A stretch of DNA of 64,000 nucleotides. It comes from Nannocystis bainbridge. Its GTDB lineage: Bacteria; Myxococcota_A; Polyangia; Nannocystales; Nannocystaceae. Positions 27,222 through 40,000 of the stretch are shown one piece after another (positions within the stretch are counted from its first letter, which is position 1; each line of letters starts with the position of its first letter). Below the pieces are notes generated by a model. The model was not told the origin of the DNA, made no database searches, and worked only from the letters and a program-made list of their open reading frames with translations. The DNA lies in the NCBI RefSeq assembly GCF_028368995.1, contig NZ_JAQNDL010000002.1, positions 128,001-192,000 of the forward strand. Reading direction: 5' to 3'. Position numbers and translations under genes: made by a program.

Positions 27222-28655
27222 TCACGGGTCCGGAGGCCGGTCGCCGCCAGCGACGTCGGGCGCGCCGGCGGTGGCGGGCCGCGCATCGCCGTCGATGTCG
27301 GTCTGCGGGTCGCCCGGCTGCCAGCGGGCGCGGCCGGCGAGCGCGCCGCCGTCGCCCGCGAGGTGGAGCAGGCCGGCGTCCCAGCCGGCGAAGATCGGCG
27401 AGACCTCGTTGGCCTGGATCAAGTGGGTGTTCTTGTCGGGGTTGGCGAACGGCCCGAGGGTCACGACCGAGTCGCGGATGTCGACGGCGCTGGGGACACA
27501 ATCGAAGGTGTCGACGAGGACGTGGCTGAGGAGGGCGGAGTTGCGGGCGACGAGGGTGGCGGTGCCGTCGAGGCAGGTGAAGAGGCCGAACATGTGCTGG
27601 GTGATGTCGCCGAGCGTGGTGTAGACGAGGTCGGCCGCGGCGGCGCTGCCGATCGCCAGCGCCGGGCCCATGTTGAGGTGGGCGACGAGGCTGTTCTCGA
27701 GCCGCAAGGTGCCGCCGTCCTCGACGAGCATGCCCTCGAGGTTGAGCCGGAGCTCGCTGCGGCGCAGCACGACGTCGCAGTCGGACACGGCGACGGCGCG
27801 GCCGGTGAAGCCGAGGATGGCGGAGTCGTCGAGCCAAAGATCGGCGGCGGCGCTGCAGCGGACGGCGGCGCTGCCCTGGCCGCCCTCGATCACGATCTGC
27901 GAGAGATAGAGCTCGCTGTCGATCGGCGGGCGAGCGAGGCCGAGGCGGATCACGGGGTCGGCGTCGACGGTGAACACGACGCCAGGCCCGCCGAGCACGG
28001 CGATCCGGCGCCCGCCTTCGCTCACCTCGATGCCGGCCTGGTAGAGGCCGGGGGCGAGGTGGAACACGAGGTGGGTGGTGTCGAAGAACTGGCCGTGCGC
28101 CTGGGCGACCGAGCAGCACGGCTGGGCGAACGAGCACGGCTGATCGCTGCAGGCGCTGCTCGGGTCGACGTAGGCGTGCGAGGTGGCTTCGTCCGGGAAG
28201 CAGAGGCCGTCGTCGAGCTCGCAGGCGGTCTCGGGGCATTCGGCGTGCTCGCGGCAGCCGCGGCAGACGTGGTCCACCGGGTCGCACACGCGGCCGCCGC
28301 AGGTGGCGCTGTCGATGCACTCGACGCACTGGCCGGCGTGACACTGCAGGCCGGGCTCGCAGTCGACGTCGCCCTGGCAGGGACAGATGTCGAGGGTGCA
28401 GGGCTCGAGGGTGGTGCTGGTGCCGGTCGGCGGCTCGGTGGCGACGCCGGTGGTGGTAGTGGTGGTGGTGTCGGTGTCGGCCTCGCCGGTGGTCGGCTCG
28501 ACGGCGGTGGTGCCGGGCTCGGTGGCGGTGGCCGGCGGCTCGGTGGTGTCGCCGCTGGTCGGCCCGGCGGTGCCCGGGTCGCTGCCGGTGGGGCTGAAGC
28601 AGGCGGTCAGGAGGAGGGCTGAACCGAAGGACAGGTAGGATGTCTTCACGGTCAT
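27222..28655 (-). CDS. Lipoprotein: Thr-rich stalk, Cys-rich repeats, right-handed beta-helix domain
   Basis: LLTAC lipobox, poly-Thr, Cys repeats, C-terminal DIDGDARP..PDVAGGD motif. Confidence 0.8.
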   Translation of the reverse strand: MTVKTSYLSFGSALLLTACFSPTGSDPGTAGPTSGDTTEPPATATEPGTTAVEPTTGEADTDTTTTTTTGVATEPPTGTSTTLEPCTLDICPCQGDVDCEPGLQCHAGQCVECIDSATCGGRVCDPVDHVCRGCREHAECPETACELDDGLCFPDEATSHAYVDPSSACSDQPCSFAQPCCSVAQAHGQFFDTTHLVFHLAPGLYQAGIEVSEGGRRIAVLGGPGVVFTVDADPVIRLGLARPPIDSELYLSQIVIEGGQGSAAVRCSAAADLWLDDSAILGFTGRAVAVSDCDVVLRRSELRLNLEGMLVEDGGTLRLENSLVAHLNMGPALAIGSAAAADLVYTTLGDITQHMFGLFTCLDGTATLVARNSALLSHVLVDTFDCVPSAVDIRDSVVTLGPFANPDKNTHLIQANEVSPIFAGWDAGLLHLAGDGGALAGRARWQPGDPQTDIDGDARPATAGAPDVAGGDRPPDP

Positions 28656-28700
28656 GCTCTTGAGGACAGGGTCATCGGGTCATGGATCGAGGGACAGGCG
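28636..28700. repeat. 14-bp-period array overlapping a start codon
   Basis: Junctions at 28639, 28653, 28667, 28681, 28695. Confidence 0.7.
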
Positions 28701-28815
28701 AGGCAAGCCGCGTCGACGGCACGGCGCCGGTCGCGGCAGCGCGAAGCGACGAAGGTGAGGCGTGGCCGAGCGCGAGCATGCCGGCATGCCTCGGCGTCAG
28801 CGCGAGAGGGCAAGC

Positions 28816-30519
<1,704 letters not shown>

Positions 30520-31090
30520 GCGTAGACTGGCTTACCTACACCAGCCGTGGCCGATCTGCACGCTAGAACGGAGTCCGCTTCTGGAGCGAGGCGCAGAACG
30601 GGCGCGCCGGCGTCAGCGGGCGGATCTGCGCTGAAACGGCGCCTGCGGGGGCGCTGCAGCGAATCGTCCGCGGCGCGGGACGAGCCGGCGTGCGGGCCTC
30701 GAGCGGCCGGTGGGTGTGCGGGATCCTCCTCCCGCGACGCGGTGCGAAGGCCGTCCAGGCGCGTGGCTGCAGGGCGCCAGCGACCGCCGCGCCGGCGTCA
30801 CGGGCCGCAGCGATCCGCGGGCGAAGCACGGGCGCGCCGAGCTCGAGGGCATGGCACAGGCCAGGCGCGAGCGGATCGGGCGGGTCGAGGTGATGTACAC
30901 TCCCGCCGGTTTCTCCCCGGATGCCGCTTCGCCCGCAACCCGCTCGCCGCCGTCGTCCACGGCCGCGGCGGCCCCCTTCGGCCCCGCTCGCAGCCCGGCG
31001 GCGCTCTCGTTGCCACGTGTCGTCCGGCTCGCGGCGGCGCGGCTGACCGGACCGTTCCGACATGTCCTTTCGGACACCTCCCCCCACGCC

Positions 31091-31981
31091 ATGAAGCACG
31101 CCACGCGTCCCTCCCGCGTCCTGTCCCTCGTCACCGCGCTGGCCCTGCTGGCGCCGCCGCCGGCGCTGGCGGCCCCGGCCCAGGACGCCAAGGCGCTGGC
31201 GGCCTTCGAGTCCGGGTTCAACGAGGGGCAGGCGAAGTTCGACCGCGGCGAGCATCTCGAGGCGGCGCGCACGTGGATCGCGGCCGCGGCCAACCTCAAG
31301 GAGACGAACGCCCACCGCGACAACCGCACGGCGGTCTACGAGTACGTGGTCGACGCGTTCACCCGCGGGCTGCAGGGCGAGACCCAGCCGGAGGCGCTGC
31401 GCGAGGCGGCCCAGGCGCTCGACGCCTACTGCGACGGCTTCACGCGCGCGTACGGGACCGAGACGCCGCTGAGCCCCAAGATCGTGGCGGCGCGCGACGA
31501 GTTCAAGCAGCGGCTCGCCAACGCCGAGGCCGCGGCGGCCGCTGCGGCGGCGCCGGTCGATCCGACGCCGGAGGGGCCCGAGGACCTGCCGCCGCCGCCG
31601 CCGCCGGACGAGACGCGGGGAGCGGGGAAGCCGTGGAAGGGCCTGGCGATCGGCGGCGGGGTGATGATCGGCCTCGGGGTCGGCGCGGCGGTGGTGGCCG
31701 GGTTCGGGGCGGCGCGCGGCAAGTCGCTGGCGAAGGAGGTCGACGATCCGGCCAACATGTGTGTGATCGCGATGCCGTCGCCGTCGTGCCAGGACCTGCT
31801 GGACCGCGGCAAGGCGGCCAACGCGATGGGCGTCGCCGGGGTGGTGCTGGCCCCGCTGCTGCTCGGCGCGGGCGTGGCCCTGCTGGCCGTCGGGCTGAAG
31901 CGCCGCTCGCGGGCGAACACCGCGTTCGCGCCGGCGCTCGCGCCGGGGTTCGCGGGGCTGAGCCTGCGCGGGTCGTTCTGA
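31091..31981 (+). CDS. Secreted/membrane hypothetical protein (TPR-like N-terminus, C-terminal hydrophobic segments)
   Basis: Signal peptide, helical domain, Pro linker, two hydrophobic stretches, ends LSLRGSF. Confidence 0.75.
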   Translation: MKHATRPSRVLSLVTALALLAPPPALAAPAQDAKALAAFESGFNEGQAKFDRGEHLEAARTWIAAAANLKETNAHRDNRTAVYEYVVDAFTRGLQGETQPEALREAAQALDAYCDGFTRAYGTETPLSPKIVAARDEFKQRLANAEAAAAAAAAPVDPTPEGPEDLPPPPPPDETRGAGKPWKGLAIGGGVMIGLGVGAAVVAGFGAARGKSLAKEVDDPANMCVIAMPSPSCQDLLDRGKAANAMGVAGVVLAPLLLGAGVALLAVGLKRRSRANTAFAPALAPGFAGLSLRGSF

Positions 31982-31993
31982 GGCGGTCTGGAG

Positions 31994-32075
31994 GGGCATG
32001 TCTGGAGGGGCATGTCCCCAGGGGCATGTCTGCGGGGACATGTCTCAGAAGGGGCATGTCTGATGGGACATGTTC
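31994..32075. repeat. 14-bp-period CATG array
   Basis: CATG at 31997, 32011, 32025, 32039, then 32055 (16-bp step), 32069. Confidence 0.9.
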
Positions 32076-32169
32076 CAGAGGAACAGCAGCGGGCGTCACG
32101 CCTGGCGGCGCCATCGCGTCACGCGTGGAGCGCGGGCGCCATCGCGTAGAGCGGCCTTCGGGGAGCGCC

Positions 32170-32288
32170 GGAGCTGTTCACAGGGACATGCTCGATCGAG
32201 CATGCCCTGGCGGGCATGTCTGAACAGACATGTCCTGGCGGACATGTCTGAACGGCCATGTCCTGGCGGACATGCCCGTTCGGGCAGC
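32170..32288. repeat. 14-bp-period CATG array (longest in the window)
   Basis: CATG at 32187, 32201, 32215, 32229, 32243, 32257, 32271; degenerate ends at 32173 and 32285. Confidence 0.92.
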
Positions 32289-33902
32289 TCACTCGCCGCC
32301 GAGGCAGACGCCGTCGCGGCGGGGGTCGCCGAAGCCGACCAGGCGGCCGTCCCGGGTGCGCTGGACGGTGTGCACGCCGCCGAAGAACATGTTGAGCTCG
32401 GGCCAGGCGGTGGTGCGGGCGAACAGGCCGGCGAGGGCCTCGGCGGCGGCGGGCGAGAAGCCGGCCTCGAAGCTGACGTGGTCGTCCTCGACGTGGATCC
32501 GCGGGGCGGCGATCGCCTCGGCCAGCGGCATGCCGAAGTCGAGCACGTTGGAGACGACCTGCAGGACGGCGGTGCGGATCCGCTTGGAGCCGCCGCTGCC
32601 GCACACGAGCAGGCTGCCGTCGTCGCCGACGATCGCGGTCGGCGACATCATCGACGCCAGCCGCTGGTCGAGCGGCCAGGCGTGCGGGCCGGGCGGGTTC
32701 ACGTCGTCCTCGCCGAGCATGTTGTTGAGCATCATGCCGGTGCCGGGCACGATCTCGCCGCAGCCCTCGCCGTTGCTGACGGTCACCGAAGCGGCGTTGC
32801 CGGCGGCGTCGATGACGCTGATGTGGGTGGTGCCGCGGCTGCGCAGCGGGCCGGCCAGGGCGGCGGCGTGGGCCGCCAGCAGGTCGCCGCCGAGCCAGAC
32901 CGCCTCGATGCCCTCGCGCGGCGGGCCGGCGGCCGCGCGGGCGCGCACGGTCTCGGCCTGGACGCGGGCCAGCAGGGCCGCGTGCTCGGCTGTCTGAAAG
33001 CCCATGGCCTTCGGGTCATGTCCCGAGAGCAAGGCGAGGGCAAAGGCGATCATCAGCCCGCCGGCGGCCGGCGGCGGGTTGGTCAGCAGGGTGGCGTCGC
33101 GGTAGCGCAGGCGCAGCGGGGCGCGGGCCTGGACGCGGTAGGCGGCGAGGTCGTCGGCGGTGAGGTGACCGCCGGCCTCGCGGTTCTGGCGGACGATCGC
33201 GGCGGCGACGTCGCCGCGGTAGAACAGGTCCTCGCCCTCGCGCGCGAGCTGCTCGAGCATGTCCCCGAGGACAGGATTGAAGAGGCGCGCGCCGGCCTTG
33301 GGCGGCGCCGGGGCGCCGCTCAGCGTGGCCGTGGGGTCGCCGAAGATCGCGCGCGCGGCCGGCTGCTCGAGGTAGATCGGCGCGACCAGCGTCATGAGGT
33401 ACGCCATGAACGGCGACACGGCGATGCCGTCGCGGGCAGCCTGCACGGCCGGGGCGGTGATGACGGGCATCGGCAGGCGCGCGAGCTCGCGGTGGACCGC
33501 GAACATGCCGGCGACGAGGCCCGGCGTGGCGGCGCAGCCGACCCCGACGTGGAACGCCTGCTGCGCGGTGCCCCAGTCGGTGACCACCTCGCGCGCGCAC
33601 GCCTCGGCCTGCGGCCGGCGCACCCGCGGGGTGTGCACGAAGGCGTCGTAGAGCCGCGGCTCCTGGCCGGCCGGGAGCGCGAGGATGAAGCCGCCGCCGC
33701 CGGGCGAGGCGAGCACCGGCTCGGCGACGCAGGCGGCCATCAGCGCCGCGAGCACGGCGTCGAACGCGTTGCCACCGGCCGCGAGCGCGTGCATCGCGGC
33801 CGCGGCGGTGACGGGGTGACCGGCAGCGACGCAGCCGCGGCGGTCGTGATGGATCTCGGGTGGCGTGTCCGGTGTGTAACGTGCGTGAGGGGTCGCGCGC
33901 AA
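32289..33902 (-). CDS. ggt: Gamma-glutamyltransferase family protein
   Basis: GCVAAGHP, GGNAFDA, GGGGF, TTHISVID (autocleavage Thr), NNMLGE, SMMSPT, GSGGS; TTG start. Confidence 0.88.
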   Translation of the reverse strand: MRATPHARYTPDTPPEIHHDRRGCVAAGHPVTAAAAMHALAAGGNAFDAVLAALMAACVAEPVLASPGGGGFILALPAGQEPRLYDAFVHTPRVRRPQAEACAREVVTDWGTAQQAFHVGVGCAATPGLVAGMFAVHRELARLPMPVITAPAVQAARDGIAVSPFMAYLMTLVAPIYLEQPAARAIFGDPTATLSGAPAPPKAGARLFNPVLGDMLEQLAREGEDLFYRGDVAAAIVRQNREAGGHLTADDLAAYRVQARAPLRLRYRDATLLTNPPPAAGGLMIAFALALLSGHDPKAMGFQTAEHAALLARVQAETVRARAAAGPPREGIEAVWLGGDLLAAHAAALAGPLRSRGTTHISVIDAAGNAASVTVSNGEGCGEIVPGTGMMLNNMLGEDDVNPPGPHAWPLDQRLASMMSPTAIVGDDGSLLVCGSGGSKRIRTAVLQVVSNVLDFGMPLAEAIAAPRIHVEDDHVSFEAGFSPAAAEALAGLFARTTAWPELNMFFGGVHTVQRTRDGRLVGFGDPRRDGVCLGGE

Positions 33903-33945
33903 CGGCGCTTGGCGCGTCGGGTAGGCGTCGGTATCCTCGCCGCCG

Positions 33946-34866
33946 ATGTCGACCCCGCATCCTGCTTCGCCCGAGGCCCGTGATCGTCTGGTGTTGGGAG
34001 TGGTCGGTGGCTCGGGGCTCTACGAGATCGAGGGGCTGCAGGAGGTCGAGCAGATCGCGCTCGAGACGCCGTTCGGACGACCGTCCGACTCCTACACCGT
34101 GGGGCTGCTGCCGCGGGACGGCGGGCTGCCGCCGGTGCGCGCGGTGTTCTTGCCGCGGCACGGGCGCGGGCACCTGTTGCTGCCGTCCGAGATCAACTTC
34201 CGCGCCAACGTCCACGGCTTCAAGCAGCTCGGCGTGACCCACCTGCTCAGCGTGTCGGCGGTCGGGTCGCTGCGCGAGGACATCGCCCCCGGCGACGTCG
34301 TCATCGCCGATCAGTTCATCGATCGCACGGCCGGTCGGGCCCAGACCTTCTTCGGCGGCGGGCTGGTCGCGCACGTGCAGATGGGCGACCCGGTCGACCC
34401 CGGCTTCTCGCGGCGGGTCGCCGGCGCGGCCGCGGCCGAGGGCGCGCGAGTCCACGAAGGCGGCACCTGCATCGTCATGGAGGGCCCGGCTTTCTCGACC
34501 CGCGCCGAGTCCAACCTGTACCGCTCGTGGGGCGCGCACGTGATCGGCATGACTGCGCTGCCGGAGGCCAAGCTGGCCCGCGAGGCCGAGATCGCCTACG
34601 CCGTGGTCGCGCTGGCCACCGACTACGACTGCTGGCACGAGGTCGAGGTCAGCGTCGAGGCCGTGATCGCGGTGGTCAAGGCCAACGTGGCGCTGTCGCG
34701 GCGGATCATCCGCCGCCTCGCGGCCGGGCTGCCCGAGGCCACCGCCGAGCTGCCGTACCCGCGCGCGCTGCAGTTCGCGACGATCACCGATCCGGCGCGC
34801 ATTCCGGCCGAGGCGCGCAGGCGGCTCGACCTGATCGCCGGCCACGTGCTGCCGCCGTCCGAATGA
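33946..34866 (+). CDS. mtnP: S-methyl-5'-thioadenosine phosphorylase
   Basis: GGSGLY, TPFG.PS, PRHG, SAVGSL, MEGPAFSTRAES, GMT..PEAKLAREAE, TDYDCW. Confidence 0.92.
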   Translation: MSTPHPASPEARDRLVLGVVGGSGLYEIEGLQEVEQIALETPFGRPSDSYTVGLLPRDGGLPPVRAVFLPRHGRGHLLLPSEINFRANVHGFKQLGVTHLLSVSAVGSLREDIAPGDVVIADQFIDRTAGRAQTFFGGGLVAHVQMGDPVDPGFSRRVAGAAAAEGARVHEGGTCIVMEGPAFSTRAESNLYRSWGAHVIGMTALPEAKLAREAEIAYAVVALATDYDCWHEVEVSVEAVIAVVKANVALSRRIIRRLAAGLPEATAELPYPRALQFATITDPARIPAEARRRLDLIAGHVLPPSE

Positions 34867-34940
34867 GATGTCCCGTGGGACATGCGCCGATGGCCATGTC
34901 CCGCAGCGCCTGTCCCTACAGGCATGTCTGAACGAACAGG
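34864..34940. repeat. 14-bp-period array in the mtnP-pfkB spacer
   Basis: Junctions at 34867, 34881, 34895, 34909, 34923, 34937. Confidence 0.85.
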
Positions 34941-34955
34941 AACGAAGAGAGAGCC

Positions 34956-35897
<942 letters not shown>

Positions 35898-35938
35898 GCT
35901 GGAGCGTCGGTCCGCGAATTGCCGACTGCGCCTCGCGG

Positions 35939-36039
35939 GGGGTCCGGGGAAGGGGCGGCCGCGAGTTAACCGGCAGGATGGCTGCTCGCTCCTCGCGCCG
36001 TCCTGCCTCTAATTCGCGTCCGCCCCTTCCCCGGACCCC
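35939..36039 (+). repeat. ~100-nt long stem-loop (REP/MITE-like element or structured RNA)
   Basis: 20-bp perfect outer arms GGGGTCCGGGGAAGGGGCGG/CCGCCCCTTCCCCGGACCCC plus inner helices with G-U pairs. Confidence 0.75.
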
Positions 36040-36240
36040 TGGCACGGCTACAGCCGTGAGGAGCCGCCGCGCCGAGTTCGGCTTCGATGGGGAGCCTGAT
36101 CTTTGCAGCAGGACGTCGGCGTCGATGCGACGGCCAGGTCTGGCCGGCGCATCGACGCTTTCTCGCGTCCTCGCCCGGCGTGGCCCAGTCCGCGGTGCGG
36201 CCGATCTGTCGCGCGTGGCGCTGCCCTGCGGCTGCGCGGA

Positions 36241-36789
36241 TCAGGCCGTGACCAGCGAGTCGCGGGTGATCGCGCCCTCGACGGTGTCGCCGCCGATCGA
36301 GACGTAGAGCCGGCCGTCGGTGCGCACGAGCTCGAGCTTGGCCTTGCGGTCGAGCCGGGCCTCGAGGGCGTCGAGGAAGGCGGGCTCGAGCAGCCACACG
36401 GCGATCGTGTCGGCCTTGTGGATCGCGCCGCCGGCGGCGTCGCGGCGCAATTGCGTGAGCGAGGCGGCGGTGAACAGCGAGACCTGGCGCGCGGCCTTGG
36501 TGGCCTTGTGGAGGCGCTCGGCGGCGGGGGTGCCGACGTCGATCCACTCGAGCAGGATGCCGGTCGGATCGCGGATGGCGATCGGCGGGTCGTCGGTCGA
36601 GGCGATGCCGTCCTTGCTGAACGCGATGCCCTCGGCGTGGCTCAGGCAGTAGGCGATCGTCCGCGTCCACATGAAGCGCGGGCTCTCCGACGGGTGCCGG
36701 GCGATCCGCAGGTCGAGGTCCTCGTAGACGCCGCGGTCGATGTCCGAGAGGTTGATGTGCAGGTTGTAGAGCGTCGCGGTCAACGCCAT
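36241..36789 (-). CDS. yaeQ: YaeQ family protein
   Basis: MALTAT...SDIDRGVY...ARHPSE...WIDVGTP..RLHKA. Confidence 0.88.
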   Translation of the reverse strand: MALTATLYNLHINLSDIDRGVYEDLDLRIARHPSESPRFMWTRTIAYCLSHAEGIAFSKDGIASTDDPPIAIRDPTGILLEWIDVGTPAAERLHKATKAARQVSLFTAASLTQLRRDAAGGAIHKADTIAVWLLEPAFLDALEARLDRKAKLELVRTDGRLYVSIGGDTVEGAITRDSLVTA

Positions 36790-37023
36790 GCGCATGACTA
36801 CCACGGATGGTGGCGCCGCCGCCGGGCCGCCGGGCGTTCGGCGTGCGAGGGCTGGCGTCGAAGGTCGCGGGCGGGCCGCTCGGCGGTGCACGGGCCCGAC
36901 GAGCCCTTCGGCGCAGCACGCGGACGGGCGGGAGGCGAAGCCCGAGCGGAGCCTTGACGGACCGAGCCGCGGGTCTCCTCGGGTCCGGTGGCCTTCGATC
37001 CGCGGCCGCGCCACGCTGCTCGC

Positions 37024-40000
37024 ATGGGCGACGCAGGGACAGCGGACCCAGCCAAGTACCTCGTCACCGGGCTGCTCCGCGAGAGCTCCGGCGCCTGCAT
37101 CTACCGCGCGGTTCGAGTCGAGGACGATCGCGCGGTGGTCATCAAGACGGTCGACCCGCGGCTCTGTCCGGCGCGGGAGCTCGAGCGGCTGCGGGCGGAG
37201 TACGAGCTCGGGCGCGCGCTGGACCTCGCGGTCACTGTCAAGCCGATCGCGCTCGACACCTATCGCGGGCTGCCGGCGCTGGTGCTCGAGCACTTCGACG
37301 GGGTGTTCCTCGAGCAGCTGCTGACGACAGAGCCGCTGGCGATCGAGCGCTTCCTGACGCTGGCGATCGCCATCGCCGGCGCGGTCGAGGCGCTGCACCG
37401 GCGCGACGTGGTCCACATGGATCTCCGGCCGGACAACATCGTGGTCGATCCGGAGCGCGGCGAGGTCAAGCTCGCCAACCTGGGGAGCCCCGGTACGCTG
37501 CAGGACGCCTCGCGGCCGGCGCAGAGCCCCGGGATCCCGACCGAATCACTGGCGTACATGTCGCCCGAGCAGACCGGGCGGCTGAACCGCCCGCTCGACT
37601 GCCGCACCGACCTTTATTCGCTGGGCGTCACGTTCTATCGGATGCTGACGGGGCGCCTACCGTTCCGCGCCCGCGATCCGCTCGAGTGGGTGCACTGCCA
37701 CCTGGCGCGACGGGTGACGCCGCCGGCGTCGCTGCGGCCGGCGGTGCCGGCGGCGGTGTCGGCGATCGTGGTCAAGCTGCTGGCCAAGGTGGCGGAGGAC
37801 CGCTACCAGAGCGCGCGCGGGCTCCGTTGCGATCTCGAGCGGTGCCTGGCCGAGTGGCGGGAGCACGGGCGCGTCGAGGCGTTCCCGCTCGGCGAAGATG
37901 ACCTGTCCGAACGGCCATCCGAGCCGCAGGAGCTGGTCGGCCGCGAGCGCGAGCTGGCCGCCCTGACCGGCGCGTTCGAGGCGATGCTCGAGACCGGCGC
38001 GCCGGGGCTGGTGTGCGTGTCGGGTTATTCGGGGATCGGCAAGTCGTCGCTGGTCCACCGGCTGCGGCGGCCGATCGCGCAGGCGCGCGGCTATTTTCTC
38101 GCCGGCAAGTTCGATCAGTACCAGCGCGGCATCCCGTACGCGACGATCTCACAGGCGTTCCGCGGGCTGGTTCACGACATCCTCGCCGAGCCGGAGGCGC
38201 GGGTGGGCGAGTGGCGCGCACGACTGACGGCGGCGCTCGGGCTGAACGCGCGGCTGTGCGTCGACATCATCCCGGAGCTGGCGCTCATCGTCGGCGAGCA
38301 GCCGCCGGTGTCGGAGCTGTCGGGGACGGAGGCGCAGCTCCGGTTTCACCGCGTGTTCCGACAATTCGTCGCGGTGTTCGCGGCCCGGGAGCATCCGGTG
38401 GCGCTGTTCCTCGACGACCTGCAGTGGGTCGATCCGGCCAGCCTCGCGCTGCTCGTCGATCTGATCACGCACCCCGACGTGCACCACTTCTTGTGGATCG
38501 CGGCGTACCGCGACAACGAGGTGACGACCGGGCACCCGTTGCTGGCGGCGCTGGACGAGGTGCGAGCGGCGAAGGTGCCGGTCCGCGTCATCGAGCTCGC
38601 TCCGCTGACCGAAGAGAACGTCGTAGCGATCGTCAGCGCGACCTTCGGCGGCCGCGTGCGCGGGGCGGAGGACCTGGCGCGGCTCGTGCACGACAAGACC
38701 GGCGGCAACCCGTTCTTCGCCTTGCAGTTCCTGAGCATGCTGCACCGGGAGGGGCTGGTCGCGCTCGACCTGTCCTCGGGGACATGGTCCGGAGACCTGC
38801 CGCGGATCCGCGCCAAGACCTCGACGAGCAACGTCGCCGAGCTGGTGGTGGGCAACCTGCAGCAGCTGTCCGCGTCGGCGCAGGAGGCCCTCGAGCTCGC
38901 CGCGTGCCTCGGCGGCGTGACCGAGGTCGAGCTGCTCGCGGCGCTCGGCGGGCGGTCCGCGGAGGCGGTGCAGGGCGACCTGAAGGCGGCGGTCCGCGCG
39001 GGCCTGATGCTGCGCGACGGCGACGCCTACAAGTTCGCGCACGACCGGGTGCAGGAGGCGGCGTTCTCCCTCATGCCGGCGCACGAGCGGGCGGCGGTGC
39101 ACCTGCGGGTCGGGCGGCTGCTGCTGGATCGCCTGTCGCACGAGCAGCTGGAGGCGCGGGTGTTCGAGGTCGCCGGTCACTTCGAGCGCGGCGGGCACCT
39201 GCTCGACGGCGCGGAGGAGCGGGTTCGGGTCGCCGAGGTCCAGCTGGCGGCCGGGCGCAAGGCGAGGGCCTCGACCGCCTACGCGGCGGCCGTGCGCTAC
39301 TTCTCGGCGGGGATCGAGCTGCTCGGGCCGGAGGCGTGGGCCGAGCAGCACGCGCTGGCGTTCGCGCTGGGGTTCGGCCAGGCCGAATGTGAGTACCTGC
39401 AGGGCCGATTCGAAGCGGCGGAGGAGCGATTCGCGGCGCTGTTCGAGCGCGCCCGCACGCGCGGCGAACGGGCGGAGATCCGGCGGGTGGAGGTCGATCT
39501 TTTCACCAGCCGGCAGGAGCTGCGCACGGCGGTCGAGCGCGGGCTCGACGGCCTGCGACTGCTCGGCGTCGAGGTGGCGCCGCACCCGACGCGGGCGCAG
39601 GTGCTGGCCGAGGTGCAGGCGATCTGGGACGCCATGGGCGAGCGACGGATCGAGGACCTGATCGATCTGCCGCCGCTCACGGACCCGGACATGCGCGCGG
39701 CGCTGGCGATCCTCGCGGTGCTGTTCGCGCCGACGCTCAACACCGATCCCCATCTGCCGGCGCTCTGTTACTGCCGCATGGTCGAGATCAGCCTCCGCCA
39801 CGGCAACGGCGACGGCTCCGCGCTCGGCTACGCGTACTTCGGGATGGTGCTGGGCCCGGCGTTCGGCCGCTATCACGCGGGCTATCGCTTCGGCGAGCTC
39901 GGGTACGCGCTGGCCGAGCGCAGCGGGGTGATGGCGTACCGCGCCAAGCTTCACTTTATCTTCGGCGATTGCATCCGCTTCTGGACGCGACACCTGCGGG

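Noticed and set aside
31994-32288. Arrays as a CRISPR locus
   Set aside because: The period is 14 bp with 4-bp variable parts, far too short for repeat-spacer units, and there are no cas genes
35939-36039. Stem-loop as SRP, 6S or tRNA gene
   Set aside because: No SRP domain IV motif, no 6S-like central bubble or length, no cloverleaf
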